64,000 nucleotides of DNA, from assembly GCA_021792255.1 (NCBI GenBank), contig JAJYUZ010000003.1, positions 128,001-192,000 on the forward strand, read 5' to 3'. Source of the stretch: Thermoplasmata archaeon (GTDB lineage Archaea > Thermoplasmatota > Thermoplasmata > Thermoplasmatales > GCA-001856825). Positions 41,979-51,977 of this stretch are shown here, piece by piece. A program made the position numbers and the translations under genes. The first letter of the stretch is position 1. Each line of letters starts with the position of its first letter. The notes under the pieces are model-generated. The model was not told the DNA's origin. It did not search any database and saw nothing but the letters and a program-made list of their open reading frames with translations.

Positions 41979-43118
41979 ATGCCTACATTTAAATTGCCAG
42001 ACATAGGGGAAGGAGTTCAGGAAGGGGAGATCGTAAAATGGAATGTGAAGCAGGGAGACAAGGTACACAAGGACGACATATTAGTGGAGGTTATGACCGA
42101 CAAAGTAACCGTGCAAATACCCTCGCCCTTCGAAGGGGAAGTTACAAAGCTGTACTACAAAGAAGGAGAGATCGCGAAGGTCGGCTCTTCGCTGTTGGAC
42201 ATTGGAGGAGCAAGTGCTACTACCACTCAAGAACAGGCACCTGCAGAAACTGCAGTCAAGACTTCAATCAATGAGGAATCAGTAGAGAAACAATCAATTC
42301 TTGCACCTCCGGCTGTCAGAAAACTAGCGAAAGAAAAGGGGATAGATCTTTCGAGAATCAGGGGTTCGGGACCGGGAGGGAGAATCACCGTAAAAGACGT
42401 CGAGCTGTTTACCGTCGAACCCGAAGTGACGACGGAAACTAAACCACTTAGAAATGAGCCCGTTGAAAGGAAAGTGATAGAACTTAGAGGACTGAGAAGG
42501 CTCATTTCGGAAAAGATGACAAAGTCGAAACACAACATTCCTCACTATGCAGTTGCCGAAGAAGTAAAAATGCAGGAACTTATAGATTTCAAGGAGAAAC
42601 TCAAGAACCAGGGGGTCAACCTGAGTTTCACACCTTTCTTCGTGAAAGCTGCGGTCGCGGCCCTGAAAGAATTTCCTTATCTAAATGCACGTTCGCAGGA
42701 GGATGGAAATTTCGAGATACTCGATTACTATAATGTCGGGATAGCTGTCGACACCGTCGAGGGTCTAACTGTTGCAGTCGTGAAACACGCCGACAAGAAA
42801 ACGTTGACGGAACTTTCGGCCGAGATTGAGGATCTTGCCAAGAGGGCAAGAGAGGGCAAACTCAAGCTCGATGAGGTCAAGGATTCGACGTTTACTGTCA
42901 CAAACGTCGGGAGCATCGGTGGGATCTTTTCCACACCAATCATCAACTATCCGGAAGTTGCGATCATGGGCGTGCATAGAATAATGGAAAATCCGCTTGG
43001 CAAATTCATGTATGTGACTCTGTCTGCGGACCATCGACTGATCGATGGAGCGATGGCGGCCAGGTTCATCGCCAGGGTCAAAAGATATTTAGAGGCTCCA
43101 GCTACACTGCTGGTGTGA
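41979..43118 (+). CDS. dihydrolipoamide acyltransferase E2
   Basis: Lipoyl domain EVMTDKV, E3-binding PAVRKLA..GSGPGGRI, and catalytic DHRLIDG. Confidence 0.94.
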   Translation: MPTFKLPDIGEGVQEGEIVKWNVKQGDKVHKDDILVEVMTDKVTVQIPSPFEGEVTKLYYKEGEIAKVGSSLLDIGGASATTTQEQAPAETAVKTSINEESVEKQSILAPPAVRKLAKEKGIDLSRIRGSGPGGRITVKDVELFTVEPEVTTETKPLRNEPVERKVIELRGLRRLISEKMTKSKHNIPHYAVAEEVKMQELIDFKEKLKNQGVNLSFTPFFVKAAVAALKEFPYLNARSQEDGNFEILDYYNVGIAVDTVEGLTVAVVKHADKKTLTELSAEIEDLAKRAREGKLKLDEVKDSTFTVTNVGSIGGIFSTPIINYPEVAIMGVHRIMENPLGKFMYVTLSADHRLIDGAMAARFIARVKRYLEAPATLLV

Positions 43119-43121
43119 AAA

Positions 43122-44441
43122 ATGGAACTGGATTCCATAATTCTTGGAGGAGGACCAGGAGGTTACTCTACCGCAATCAGACTTGGTCAGAACGGAAAGA
43201 AGGCGTTGGTAATCGAGGAAAACAAGATCGGAGGAGAGTGCCTGAATTATGGGTGCATACCTAGCAAGGCCATTATTGAACTGGCGGATGCAATCTCTTA
43301 TCTGAAGGAAATGCCCGGAGTCTCTTCCTCGGTTTCTATTGATATGAAGAAATGGCAAGAGTGGAAGTGGGGAATGATAAACAAGCTCACCTCAGGAGTT
43401 GAGAAACTGGTAACATCCTATGGCGGAGAAGTTGTCAAGGGAAAGGGTATCATCGAAAACAGCAACTCCATAAGGGTGAACAACGAAACATTTGACGCAA
43501 AGAGTCTCGTAATTGCAACGGGTTCAGTCCCTTCAAAGATAAAGGGTATTGAGGACGTATTTTACAACAAGGATATCCTCGATGCTGACCACATTCCGAA
43601 ATCCCTAGTAGTAATTGGCGGAGGTTATATTGGTATCGAACTGGGTACTGCGTTTTCAAAACTGGGGAGCGAGGTGACCATAGTCGAAATGATGCCAAAT
43701 ATTCTGCCAGGTACAGATACCGACCTCAGCAAATTCGTCGAGAGAAGAATGAACACACTGGGAATAAAAACATTCGTCGGAGCCAAAGTGGAGAAGGTCA
43801 CGAAGTCGGGAGAATTCAGCGTCAGTCTCGCTGACGGAAACGTCTTGAAATCGGAGCTAGTCCTGATGACTGTTGGACGCCAACCGAACACACAGGGATT
43901 CGGCTTGGAGAACATAAACCCTGAGATGGAAGGAAAATTCATCAAGACGGACAAGAGGAAAATGACGAGCGTAAAGGGCGTCTACGCAGTAGGTGATGTG
44001 AGTGGTCAGCCGATGCTGGCTCACAAGGCTTTCTATGATGCAGAAATCGCTTCGGAAAACATATCGGGAAAGAATTCAGAAGTGGATTACAGGGCAATGC
44101 CCTTCGTCATCTATTCAGACCCTGAGATTGTGACAACGGGATCAAAGACAGACAAGTTCAACAACATACCCTTAGCGACTAACGGAAGAGCATTGGGTAT
44201 GAACTCCAACCAGGGCGTGTTCAGGATTTACGTTGACAACGATTACGTCATTAAGGGAGGGGCGTTTGTTGCCCCACGTGCTTCAGAACTAATCAGCGAA
44301 ATTTCTTTGGCGGTGGAGGCAGGGCTCACTTCAAAAGACCTGGGAATGACCGTTCATCCTCATCCCACCCTTTCAGAGGGGGCAAAGGAGGCAGCGGAGG
44401 CAACCTATGGCAAATCGTTACACTACAAATCCAGTCGCTGA
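43122..44441 (+). CDS. lpdA: dihydrolipoamide dehydrogenase E3
   Basis: Motifs GGGPGGY, GGECLNYGCIPSK, LAHKA and HPHPTLSE. Confidence 0.95.
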   Translation: MELDSIILGGGPGGYSTAIRLGQNGKKALVIEENKIGGECLNYGCIPSKAIIELADAISYLKEMPGVSSSVSIDMKKWQEWKWGMINKLTSGVEKLVTSYGGEVVKGKGIIENSNSIRVNNETFDAKSLVIATGSVPSKIKGIEDVFYNKDILDADHIPKSLVVIGGGYIGIELGTAFSKLGSEVTIVEMMPNILPGTDTDLSKFVERRMNTLGIKTFVGAKVEKVTKSGEFSVSLADGNVLKSELVLMTVGRQPNTQGFGLENINPEMEGKFIKTDKRKMTSVKGVYAVGDVSGQPMLAHKAFYDAEIASENISGKNSEVDYRAMPFVIYSDPEIVTTGSKTDKFNNIPLATNGRALGMNSNQGVFRIYVDNDYVIKGGAFVAPRASELISEISLAVEAGLTSKDLGMTVHPHPTLSEGAKEAAEATYGKSLHYKSSR

Positions 44442-45051
44442 TCTTGGAACCGTAGATTACTCGGATTCGCTTGTTCTTCAAAGGAAGTTGGTAGAACTCG
44501 TCAAGAAGGGCGAGATAGGAGACGTCCTGCTGATTCTCGATCACCCACCAGTCTTCACGGTGGGCAGAGGAAAGAAACCTGAAAATTACTCTGGAGTGGA
44601 GGTTGTGGAAACTGAGAGAGGAGGAGATGTGACATATCACGGTCCTGGGCAACTGGTTGTCTACCCTATCATCGACCTTGAGAAAAACGAGATCGGTGGT
44701 GCGAGAAAACTTGTTCGCCTGATCGAAGAAGTTGCCATCACTTCGATCGGCAAGTTCGGTTATACGGTCAGAGCGGGGGATGAGCCAGGCATATGGTTCG
44801 ACGACAAAAAAGTAGCCTCAATTGGACTGGCGATCAGGGGCAACGTATCATTTCATGGCATTTCGATCAATATATCCGAAGAAGTACTGGGCGGGTTTGC
44901 CAAGATCAATCCTTGCGGACTCGACCCCGAAAAGATAGGCTTTGTGAGGATCGATAGAAGTGCAATAAAGAGAGAACTGATAGACAATTTTGAAAAGTTG
45001 ATCCATCCGTTTGAAGAGGTGGATGCTAGTTTCTTTGACGGTATGATATGA
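44407..45051 (+). CDS. lipB: octanoyltransferase LipB
   Basis: Motifs H.PVFT.G, RGGDVTYHGPGQ, KKVASIG, FHG and INPCG; ATG follows GGAGG. Confidence 0.9.
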   Translation: MANRYTTNPVADLGTVDYSDSLVLQRKLVELVKKGEIGDVLLILDHPPVFTVGRGKKPENYSGVEVVETERGGDVTYHGPGQLVVYPIIDLEKNEIGGARKLVRLIEEVAITSIGKFGYTVRAGDEPGIWFDDKKVASIGLAIRGNVSFHGISINISEEVLGGFAKINPCGLDPEKIGFVRIDRSAIKRELIDNFEKLIHPFEEVDASFFDGMI

Positions 45052-45153
45052 CGTGGTGTCACTGAACAGCTTCACTTGCTGCTTTTCTGCTTCTCAGAAT
45101 CACATTCGTATTTTAATTCATAACTTTCAATACCTTCTCGGTGATGTTGGAAG

Positions 45154-47844
45154 GTGATAGCAAATTCGGGTATTGTGCTCAAGGACGGAAGCCTTGTCGT
45201 TGTCAGGGAATTCAACAGATCCGATCTATCCAAATTCAAGGAATTTATCTACTCCCTTTCAGATTCTGCCATTCAAGGCAGATTTATGCAAAATATTCCA
45301 AGAGATGCTGCCATCGAGCTTCTTCTAGCTAAGGGAGTGACTTCGGTGGTGGCAGTCAGAGATGATAAGATAATCGCCCACGGAGCACTTTATGAAAATG
45401 TGAAAGAGACTTCTGAAATGGGAATCCTCGTGGACGACAAGTATCAGTCTCTCGGTCTCGGGACGGCCATGCTCGGATTACTCGCAGAGCATGCGGTGAG
45501 ATCGGGTGCTGGTGAGATTAGAGCGTATGTTTCTCCAGAGAACTATAAGATGATCGCTGCGGTCAAGAATCTGGGATTTGCGGTCGAATCTTCTGCAAGA
45601 CCCGGAGCTCTGGAGGTCAGATTTTCTCCCTCCTCTCTTCCCGAGGCAATAAACAATTTCGAGAACAGAGACGCCATATCTGCGGTCAATGCAGTTAAAA
45701 TTTTCCTAGAGCCAAAGAGCGTTGCAGTCATAGGAGCTTCTTCGAACAGATCATCAATTGGTGGACAACTTTTCTTCAACCTGCTCGAGAGCAACTTCAA
45801 TGGTCAGATATTCCCTGTCAACCCTTCCCACGACTTCGTGCAGGGAATTCGGACCTACAGGTCAGTAAAGGAAATAGATTACCCCGTAGGATTGGCAATC
45901 ATAGTCGTTCCCGCAGAGCAATCCCTAAGAGTAATAGAAGAGTGCGGAGAGAAGGGAGTGAAGGGACTGGTGATAATCACATCTGGCTTCTCCGAGATAG
46001 GAGGAATCGGAAACGAGAGACAGGAACAACTCTCGAAGATCTGTGATAAGTATGGTATGAGGGTAATCGGACCTAACTGTATGGGCGTAGTGAACAATTC
46101 TGATATAGTGAACCTCAATGGCCAGTTTTCTCCGTTCAAGCCGGTGAAGGGCAGGGTGTCTTTCCTTTCTCAATCCGGAGCCCTAGGGATCGCGGTCTTT
46201 GACATTACTACAAAACTCGGACTGGGGCTGAGCTCTTTTGTTTCAGTTGGGAACAAAATGGACATTTCTAGCAACGACCTGATACAGTACTGGGAAAATG
46301 ACAAAAACACTGACGTCATCCTGCTCTATCTGGAATCCTTCGGGAATCCCATAAAATTCTCGAGACTAGCTAGAAGAGTAACGAAGAAGAAACCCATAAT
46401 AGTAGTCAAGAGCGGGAGAGGTTCTGCTGGATTCAGGGCTACCCAATCTCACACAGCTGCATTGCTTTCCACTTCCGATGTCACCGTCGATGCCCTCTTC
46501 AAGCAGAGCGGAATAATCAGGACGGATACTCTGGACCAGATGTTCGATGTCACTTCCGTGCTCGCCCATCAGCCCGTCCCAAGGGGTGACAGGGTTGCGA
46601 TACTGACAAATGCTGGTGGCGCTGGCATATTGGCAGCCGATGCTTGTGAGTCCCATGGCCTAATCGTTCCTGATCTCCCAGAAGAAGCTAAAGAAAAACT
46701 CAGGAAACTTCTTCCCGCGATTGCAAGCGTGAGGAATCCGGTAGATATGACTGCTGGAACGGGACCTGAAGCATATGAAAAAGCGCTGGAAATACTGGGT
46801 TCGGTCGATGAGATCGATTCCATAATTGTCATCTTCATCCTCCCTACCGTACTGGATCCAAACGACGTCGCGAGGAACATTATTGCTGGAACCGAGAAAA
46901 TAAACAATTCCAAGACCATAGTGTCCGTTTTCATGGGTACGAAGGGAGTTTCACAGGTATTGAAGGGAGAGAAGGTAAGTATCCCATCCTTCACTTTCCC
47001 CGAAGACGCTGCAATTTCGCTCTCAAAAGCCGTGGAGTATGGCAGATGGAAGTATGCACCTGTCAGAACTATTGGGGAAAAAGAGGACATTGACAAAGAT
47101 ATGGTCAAGGCAATCATATCAGGAACCCTGAGAGAGGGAAGAGAGTGGTTGACTTATGATGAGTGCAACGCTGTTCTTAACACGTATAAGATCCAAACCG
47201 TAAAGACTGCAACCGCTATGAACAAGGAAGAGGTCAGAATAAAGACTCAGGGATGGTTGGGAAAGGTGGCGATCAAGGCTTATGGGCCTAAGCTCATTCA
47301 CAAGAGCGACGTTGGTGCCGTAAAGTTGAATGTGCCAGTTCCTGACGCAGCGTACGAGGCAGGTCAAATGATCTCGATGCTCAGCGCTAAGGGCTTAGAA
47401 GTTGAATATCTGGCCATCCAGGAGATGGTTCCAGAGGGGATTGAGATGATAGCTGGATCAACTCACGATCCAGCATTTGGCCCGATCATAGTCGCGGGTA
47501 TGGGAGGAAAGCTCGTAGAACTCCTGAAGGATATTTCCACCAGACTTGCGCCGATCGAGAAGGAAGACGCAGACCAAATGATCGCTGAACTCAGGACCGC
47601 ACAGATATTGAGAGGTTATCGAGGCGGTATAGTCGCAGACGAGGATTCCTACAAGGATGTCATCGTGAGAGTATCCCGACTCGTCTTCGATAATCCAGAA
47701 ATATTAGAGCTAGACCTAAACCCAGTTCTGGTTCTTGAAAAGGGAAAGGGCTCGAAAACAGTCGACTTTAGGATCAGGGTTGGCAATCTCCCACAGAACA
47801 GTCTGCCTTTCGTGGCAAAGAGCATAATCAAGAGCACTCCCTGA
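45154..47844 (+). CDS. GNAT-domain / ADP-forming acyl-CoA synthetase (alpha+beta) fusion, Pat-like
   Basis: N-terminal GNAT (V.D.YQ.LGLGT), CoA-binding domain (VAVIGAS, GPNC.G, SQSG), SHT, TNAGG, NPVD, and ATP-grasp with HKSDVG, DPAFGP and DLNP. Confidence 0.88.
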   Translation: MIANSGIVLKDGSLVVVREFNRSDLSKFKEFIYSLSDSAIQGRFMQNIPRDAAIELLLAKGVTSVVAVRDDKIIAHGALYENVKETSEMGILVDDKYQSLGLGTAMLGLLAEHAVRSGAGEIRAYVSPENYKMIAAVKNLGFAVESSARPGALEVRFSPSSLPEAINNFENRDAISAVNAVKIFLEPKSVAVIGASSNRSSIGGQLFFNLLESNFNGQIFPVNPSHDFVQGIRTYRSVKEIDYPVGLAIIVVPAEQSLRVIEECGEKGVKGLVIITSGFSEIGGIGNERQEQLSKICDKYGMRVIGPNCMGVVNNSDIVNLNGQFSPFKPVKGRVSFLSQSGALGIAVFDITTKLGLGLSSFVSVGNKMDISSNDLIQYWENDKNTDVILLYLESFGNPIKFSRLARRVTKKKPIIVVKSGRGSAGFRATQSHTAALLSTSDVTVDALFKQSGIIRTDTLDQMFDVTSVLAHQPVPRGDRVAILTNAGGAGILAADACESHGLIVPDLPEEAKEKLRKLLPAIASVRNPVDMTAGTGPEAYEKALEILGSVDEIDSIIVIFILPTVLDPNDVARNIIAGTEKINNSKTIVSVFMGTKGVSQVLKGEKVSIPSFTFPEDAAISLSKAVEYGRWKYAPVRTIGEKEDIDKDMVKAIISGTLREGREWLTYDECNAVLNTYKIQTVKTATAMNKEEVRIKTQGWLGKVAIKAYGPKLIHKSDVGAVKLNVPVPDAAYEAGQMISMLSAKGLEVEYLAIQEMVPEGIEMIAGSTHDPAFGPIIVAGMGGKLVELLKDISTRLAPIEKEDADQMIAELRTAQILRGYRGGIVADEDSYKDVIVRVSRLVFDNPEILELDLNPVLVLEKGKGSKTVDFRIRVGNLPQNSLPFVAKSIIKSTP

Positions 47845-48038
47845 AGAACGGTTCGTTCAATAAATGAGCAGTTGAGAATGATCAAAGAACTCCTTCCCAG
47901 CCGTAGTGAGTTTAGGCGTCCAATGGAGTGTTTGGTTTAGTCAGCTGCACGGTCTCGACTCCGCAACTTGAACTTGCTCTCTTTCTCCTAACTTTTTTAT
48001 AAGGCGTCAAACTATCGACAATAACGGTGATATGAGTA

Positions 48039-48431
48039 ATGGTTACCATGAGGGCTGTAATCTCTACCTCTGACGGGAAGACAAGGCAACTTGAAGTACC
48101 GGAAGACAGGCAGAGTGCCCTGTACGGAAAGAAGATAGGAGAAGTGCTAGATGGCTCTCTGTTGGGGTTCAGCAACACTAAGCTCAAGATAACTGGTGGA
48201 AGCGACAAGGATGGTTTCCCGATGAGGAACGACTTCCCAGGGATGAGGAGGAAAAGAGTACTGCTGACGGGAGGAGTCGGCTTTCATCCAAAGAGGGAAG
48301 GTCTCAGAAAAAAGAAAAACATCAGGGGAAACACTGTAGGAGAGGACATTTCTCAAATCAATTTCTTTGTAGTAGAGGGAGAGATAGAAGAGACGAAAGG
48401 AGAAACGAATGAAGCTGCCAAAACCACCTGA
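48039..48431 (+). CDS. rps6e: 30S ribosomal protein S6e
   Basis: Motifs LKITGGSDKDGFPM and GLRKKKNIRGN. Confidence 0.95.
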   Translation: MVTMRAVISTSDGKTRQLEVPEDRQSALYGKKIGEVLDGSLLGFSNTKLKITGGSDKDGFPMRNDFPGMRRKRVLLTGGVGFHPKREGLRKKKNIRGNTVGEDISQINFFVVEGEIEETKGETNEAAKTT

Positions 48432-49632
48432 AGTCAACATAGGCATGGTTGGCCATGTGGATCATGGCAAGAGTACTCTGACAAAACTTCTCACTGGCGT
48501 GAAAACTGACTATTTTTCGGAGGAGATAAAGAGGGGAATTTCCATCAAACTCGGTTATGCGGATACTCCCGTCTACAGATGCCCCGAGGGATGGCCAACT
48601 AGATACTCGATAAACCCTTCGGACTGCGGAAAAGGAGGAGTTCTTGAAAGAGTGGTGAGTTTTGTGGACTCGCCCGGACACGAAAGCCTGATGGCTACTA
48701 TGCTGTCTGGTGCAGCAATCATGGATGGGGCAATAATGGTCATTGCATCAAACGAAAAATGCCCTAAGCCTCAGACGAGGGAGCACCTGATGGCTCTCAA
48801 TTTTCTTGGAATTAGAAACATAGTTATCGTTCAGAACAAGATCGATCTCGTCACGGAAGAGAGAGCTATGGAAAGCTACAACGAGATCAAGGAGTTTGTG
48901 AAAGGGACCGTCGCCGAGCACGCTCCGGTAATACCCATGAGTGCTCTCGACAACGCAAATCTAGATTCACTTCTCGACGCAATCGAGCATTCCATTCCTA
49001 CCAGGAAGTTTGAGACGAACGGCAATGCGATGATGTACATTGCGAGAAGCTTTGACGTCAACAAGCCAGGAACAATTCCAGATTCACTTCAAGGTGGGGT
49101 GGTAGGCGGATCAATTATGTCTGGAAAATTCAAAACAGATGATGAAATTGAAATTTCTCCTGGGATCGCTTTCACCAAGGGTGGAAAAAAGAGCTGGACC
49201 CCCGTTCAAACGCAAATTTCATCAATCATATCTGGCAGTATAACTCTCGACGAAAAGGGACCAGGCGGACTGGTCGGAATTGGCACCAAACTGGATCCAT
49301 TCTTGACGAAAGGGGACAGCCTAGTCGGGATGGTGGTTGGACTGAAAGGAACTCTGCCCAAACCAGTTTTCAAGATTTCACTGAAGACAAACATCCTGAG
49401 CAAAGTAGTCGGAAGCTCAGAAGAACTCAATGTTGATCGGATAATAAAGAGCGAAACTCTTCTCCTGAACGTTGCAACAGCCGTGACAGTTGCAGTCGTA
49501 ACTCAGGCAAAGGGGGACGTTATGGAAGCAGACCTGAAATATCCTATAATAGCTCTTCCTGGACAAAACGTAGCCATAAGTAGGAAGATTCAGAACAGGT
49601 GGAGACTTATAGGCAGCGGAATAGTTAGTTAG
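48409..49632 (+). CDS. eif2g: translation initiation factor 2 subunit gamma
   Basis: Motifs GHVDHGKST, RGISIKLGY, DSPGHE, NKID, RSFDVNKPG and WRLIG. Confidence 0.96.
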   Translation: MKLPKPPEVNIGMVGHVDHGKSTLTKLLTGVKTDYFSEEIKRGISIKLGYADTPVYRCPEGWPTRYSINPSDCGKGGVLERVVSFVDSPGHESLMATMLSGAAIMDGAIMVIASNEKCPKPQTREHLMALNFLGIRNIVIVQNKIDLVTEERAMESYNEIKEFVKGTVAEHAPVIPMSALDNANLDSLLDAIEHSIPTRKFETNGNAMMYIARSFDVNKPGTIPDSLQGGVVGGSIMSGKFKTDDEIEISPGIAFTKGGKKSWTPVQTQISSIISGSITLDEKGPGGLVGIGTKLDPFLTKGDSLVGMVVGLKGTLPKPVFKISLKTNILSKVVGSSEELNVDRIIKSETLLLNVATAVTVAVVTQAKGDVMEADLKYPIIALPGQNVAISRKIQNRWRLIGSGIVS

Positions 49633-49845
49633 TCTACGGTTTCTTTTTAGAACTGATTTTGCCGCGGTTTGCTCCTAGGGAGTAAGCTTTGCGATCTAGG
49701 ATCTTTCTGTACTTTTTTTGCAGTGTCGGTTTACGAATACGTGAGGCCACGTGAGTCAGATGGATGCTTCGTCATCTAGAATTAATGTTGCAGAAACGGA
49801 AGTTATTCTCTTGTTGTGTTGACCTTGTCTGAGAATCCCTTGCTC

Positions 49846-50913
49846 CTATTTCTTGGCCGAACTGGCTCTTCCCTCTCTAAGTGCCTGTTTGCCTTTCCTT
49901 ATGCTCTCTATGAATCTAGGCACTATTTCGTACGCATCGCCTATGAGGGCCACATCGGAGTACTTTACAATTGGAGCAGCCGCGTCCTTATTAATGGATA
50001 TAATGTATTCCGAAGATTTCATTCCTGCGATGTGTTGAATGGCTCCTGATACTCCGACAGCAATGTAGAGTTTTGGATGAACTGTTTTTCCGGTCTGCCC
50101 GACCTGCCTGTCCCTCGTGATCCATCCTGCGTCTACCGTTGGTCTAGAAGCCGCAACTATTCCGCCGAGTTCGTTCGCAAGATCTTCCAGAATCTTGAAC
50201 CCCTCCTTCTTTCCCAGTCCCATTCCACCGCATACAACTACATCTGCGGTAGTTATGTCGACTTCCTCTCTTGTCACGATCTGGAGTAGCTTTGTGACTA
50301 CGTCCTCTTCCTTGATGCTGTTCTCTACTCTCTCTATCTCTCCCTTTCGTCCTACTACCCTATCTACGGGCTTGAATATACCTGGTCTTGCACTTGCCAT
50401 CTGCGGTCGATGCCTGCTGCACAGTATATTTGCAAGGATTGCTCCGCCGAAAGCGGGTCTCCTCGCTTCCAGCAGTTTCTTGGATGGATCTATATCTATT
50501 TCGGTACAGTCCGCTGTTATTCCTGTGTTGACTCTGACCGCAATTCTTGACGCCAGATCACGTCCGTTGTGGGTTGCACCAATGACGAAGTAGTTTGGCT
50601 TCTTTTCCACTATTAGTGAAGCTATCGCGTCGGCATATGGCCTCGTTCTGTAGTGTCGATAGACCTGATTCTTGACAAAAATAACCCTATCTACGCCATA
50701 CTCTATCGCCTCTTGAGCCATTCTTTCTCCGTTCTCATCTGCCAGGAGAATACCGACCAATTTTTCGTTGTATTTATCGGCCAGCTTTCTGCCTATACCG
50801 GCCATCTCGAGTGAAATCCTGGACAGCTCTCCGTCGTTCTGTTCCAACCAGATCCAGAGGTCCTTGTATATCTCTACATTCGCTGGTGGGGTCGCGCATC
50901 TATTCTTTATCAT
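49846..50913 (-). CDS. fixB: electron transfer flavoprotein alpha (FixB/EtfA)
   Basis: Motifs GITADCT, RPAFGG, RQVGQTGK and GVSGAIQH. Confidence 0.92.
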   Translation of the reverse strand: MIKNRCATPPANVEIYKDLWIWLEQNDGELSRISLEMAGIGRKLADKYNEKLVGILLADENGERMAQEAIEYGVDRVIFVKNQVYRHYRTRPYADAIASLIVEKKPNYFVIGATHNGRDLASRIAVRVNTGITADCTEIDIDPSKKLLEARRPAFGGAILANILCSRHRPQMASARPGIFKPVDRVVGRKGEIERVENSIKEEDVVTKLLQIVTREEVDITTADVVVCGGMGLGKKEGFKILEDLANELGGIVAASRPTVDAGWITRDRQVGQTGKTVHPKLYIAVGVSGAIQHIAGMKSSEYIISINKDAAAPIVKYSDVALIGDAYEIVPRFIESIRKGKQALREGRASSAKK

Positions 50914-51692
50914 TTCACTATCCCCCTCTCAATCAGGACTGAAACTATCTTGTCCAATTCTTCGATGCCTGGTTTCGACGGATTCTTCACAGGGTCAGGA
51001 ACGGTCTTCATATCCTTGACGATCGTCGGTGAACCCTTCAGGCCTATGCAAGCTGGATCCAGCTGCAATTCCTTGTTTGTTACCAGCTTCACTCCCTTCT
51101 TGTAGGCCGCAATTTTTCTCTTGAGCGTTGGATTTCTGGGATCGTTGGCGTTGAGAGTTATTGTTATCACTGCTGGCTTCCCTATCTTTATAGTTTCCTC
51201 AGCTCCTTCGATGTCTCTGACCACTACGAAAAATCCGTTTTCGTACTCCACCTTGTGTACATAGGTGGCCTGTTCATAACCCATGAATTCTGCAATTCCT
51301 GGGCCAACGTGCCCCGTAGATGAGTCCGTGGTCTCCTCCCCGCAGAGTATCACGTCAAATCCCCCAAGGTAGTCCGCGACAGACGCAAGCGTGAAAGCGG
51401 TTGGCCACGTATCTGCACCGGCAAAAACTCTGTCTGTGACGAGTACTCCGTTGTCTGCCCCCATTCCCATCAACTGCAACAGAGCAGAATCTGCCATCGG
51501 TGGTCCCATCGTAATCACCGTAATCTCTCCTCCATACCTGTCTTTGAGCTGTACGGCCGCTTCAGTGGCATTGACGTCCGGGGGATTGACCACATTTCTA
51601 GCCATGCTCCTGTTCAAGGTCTTCGTGACTGGATCTATACTTATGTCCTGACTATCAGGAACTTGTTTTATCATAACTGCAATCTTCAACAT
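50910..51692 (-). CDS. fixA: electron transfer flavoprotein beta (FixA/EtfB)
   Basis: Motifs KQVPD, TMGPP, FAGADT and GLKGSPT. Confidence 0.92.
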   Translation of the reverse strand: MLKIAVMIKQVPDSQDISIDPVTKTLNRSMARNVVNPPDVNATEAAVQLKDRYGGEITVITMGPPMADSALLQLMGMGADNGVLVTDRVFAGADTWPTAFTLASVADYLGGFDVILCGEETTDSSTGHVGPGIAEFMGYEQATYVHKVEYENGFFVVVRDIEGAEETIKIGKPAVITITLNANDPRNPTLKRKIAAYKKGVKLVTNKELQLDPACIGLKGSPTIVKDMKTVPDPVKNPSKPGIEELDKIVSVLIERGIVK

Positions 51693-51698
51693 TTACCA

Positions 51699-51977
51699 TC
51701 ACCCGTACTTGTAAATGACTCCCTTACCGGCCTTTGGAAAGGTCCACTTTACAGACCCCTGATCACACGCAATGGAACACGTTCCACATTCGACACAATC
51801 TTCGTACTGGAAGTTGAGTTTTCCATCCTGAATCGTGTAACACTGTGCTGGGCACGCCATGACACAGAAATGATGCGGACACTTCTCACATATGCTTTCG
51901 TCCACAGTTATGTGAGCGTATGATTTGTCGACATCGTACTTTGTCTTTCCCAGTCGCTCCTTTATATCCACTGTCAC
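51699..51977 (-). CDS. fixX: ferredoxin-like protein FixX
   Basis: Motifs CPAQCY, CVECGTCSIAC and W.FP..GKGV.YKYG. Confidence 0.92.
   Translation of the reverse strand: MTVDIKERLGKTKYDVDKSYAHITVDESICEKCPHHFCVMACPAQCYTIQDGKLNFQYEDCVECGTCSIACDQGSVKWTFPKAGKGVIYKYG

Noticed and set aside
49633-49845. Several short hairpins (TTGCTCC/GGAGTAA, AGATG/CATCT, ATTCTC/GAGAAT) as a possible ncRNA
   Set aside because: The stems are short and lie between convergent genes; they are compatible with chance or termination, and I recognise no RNA family.
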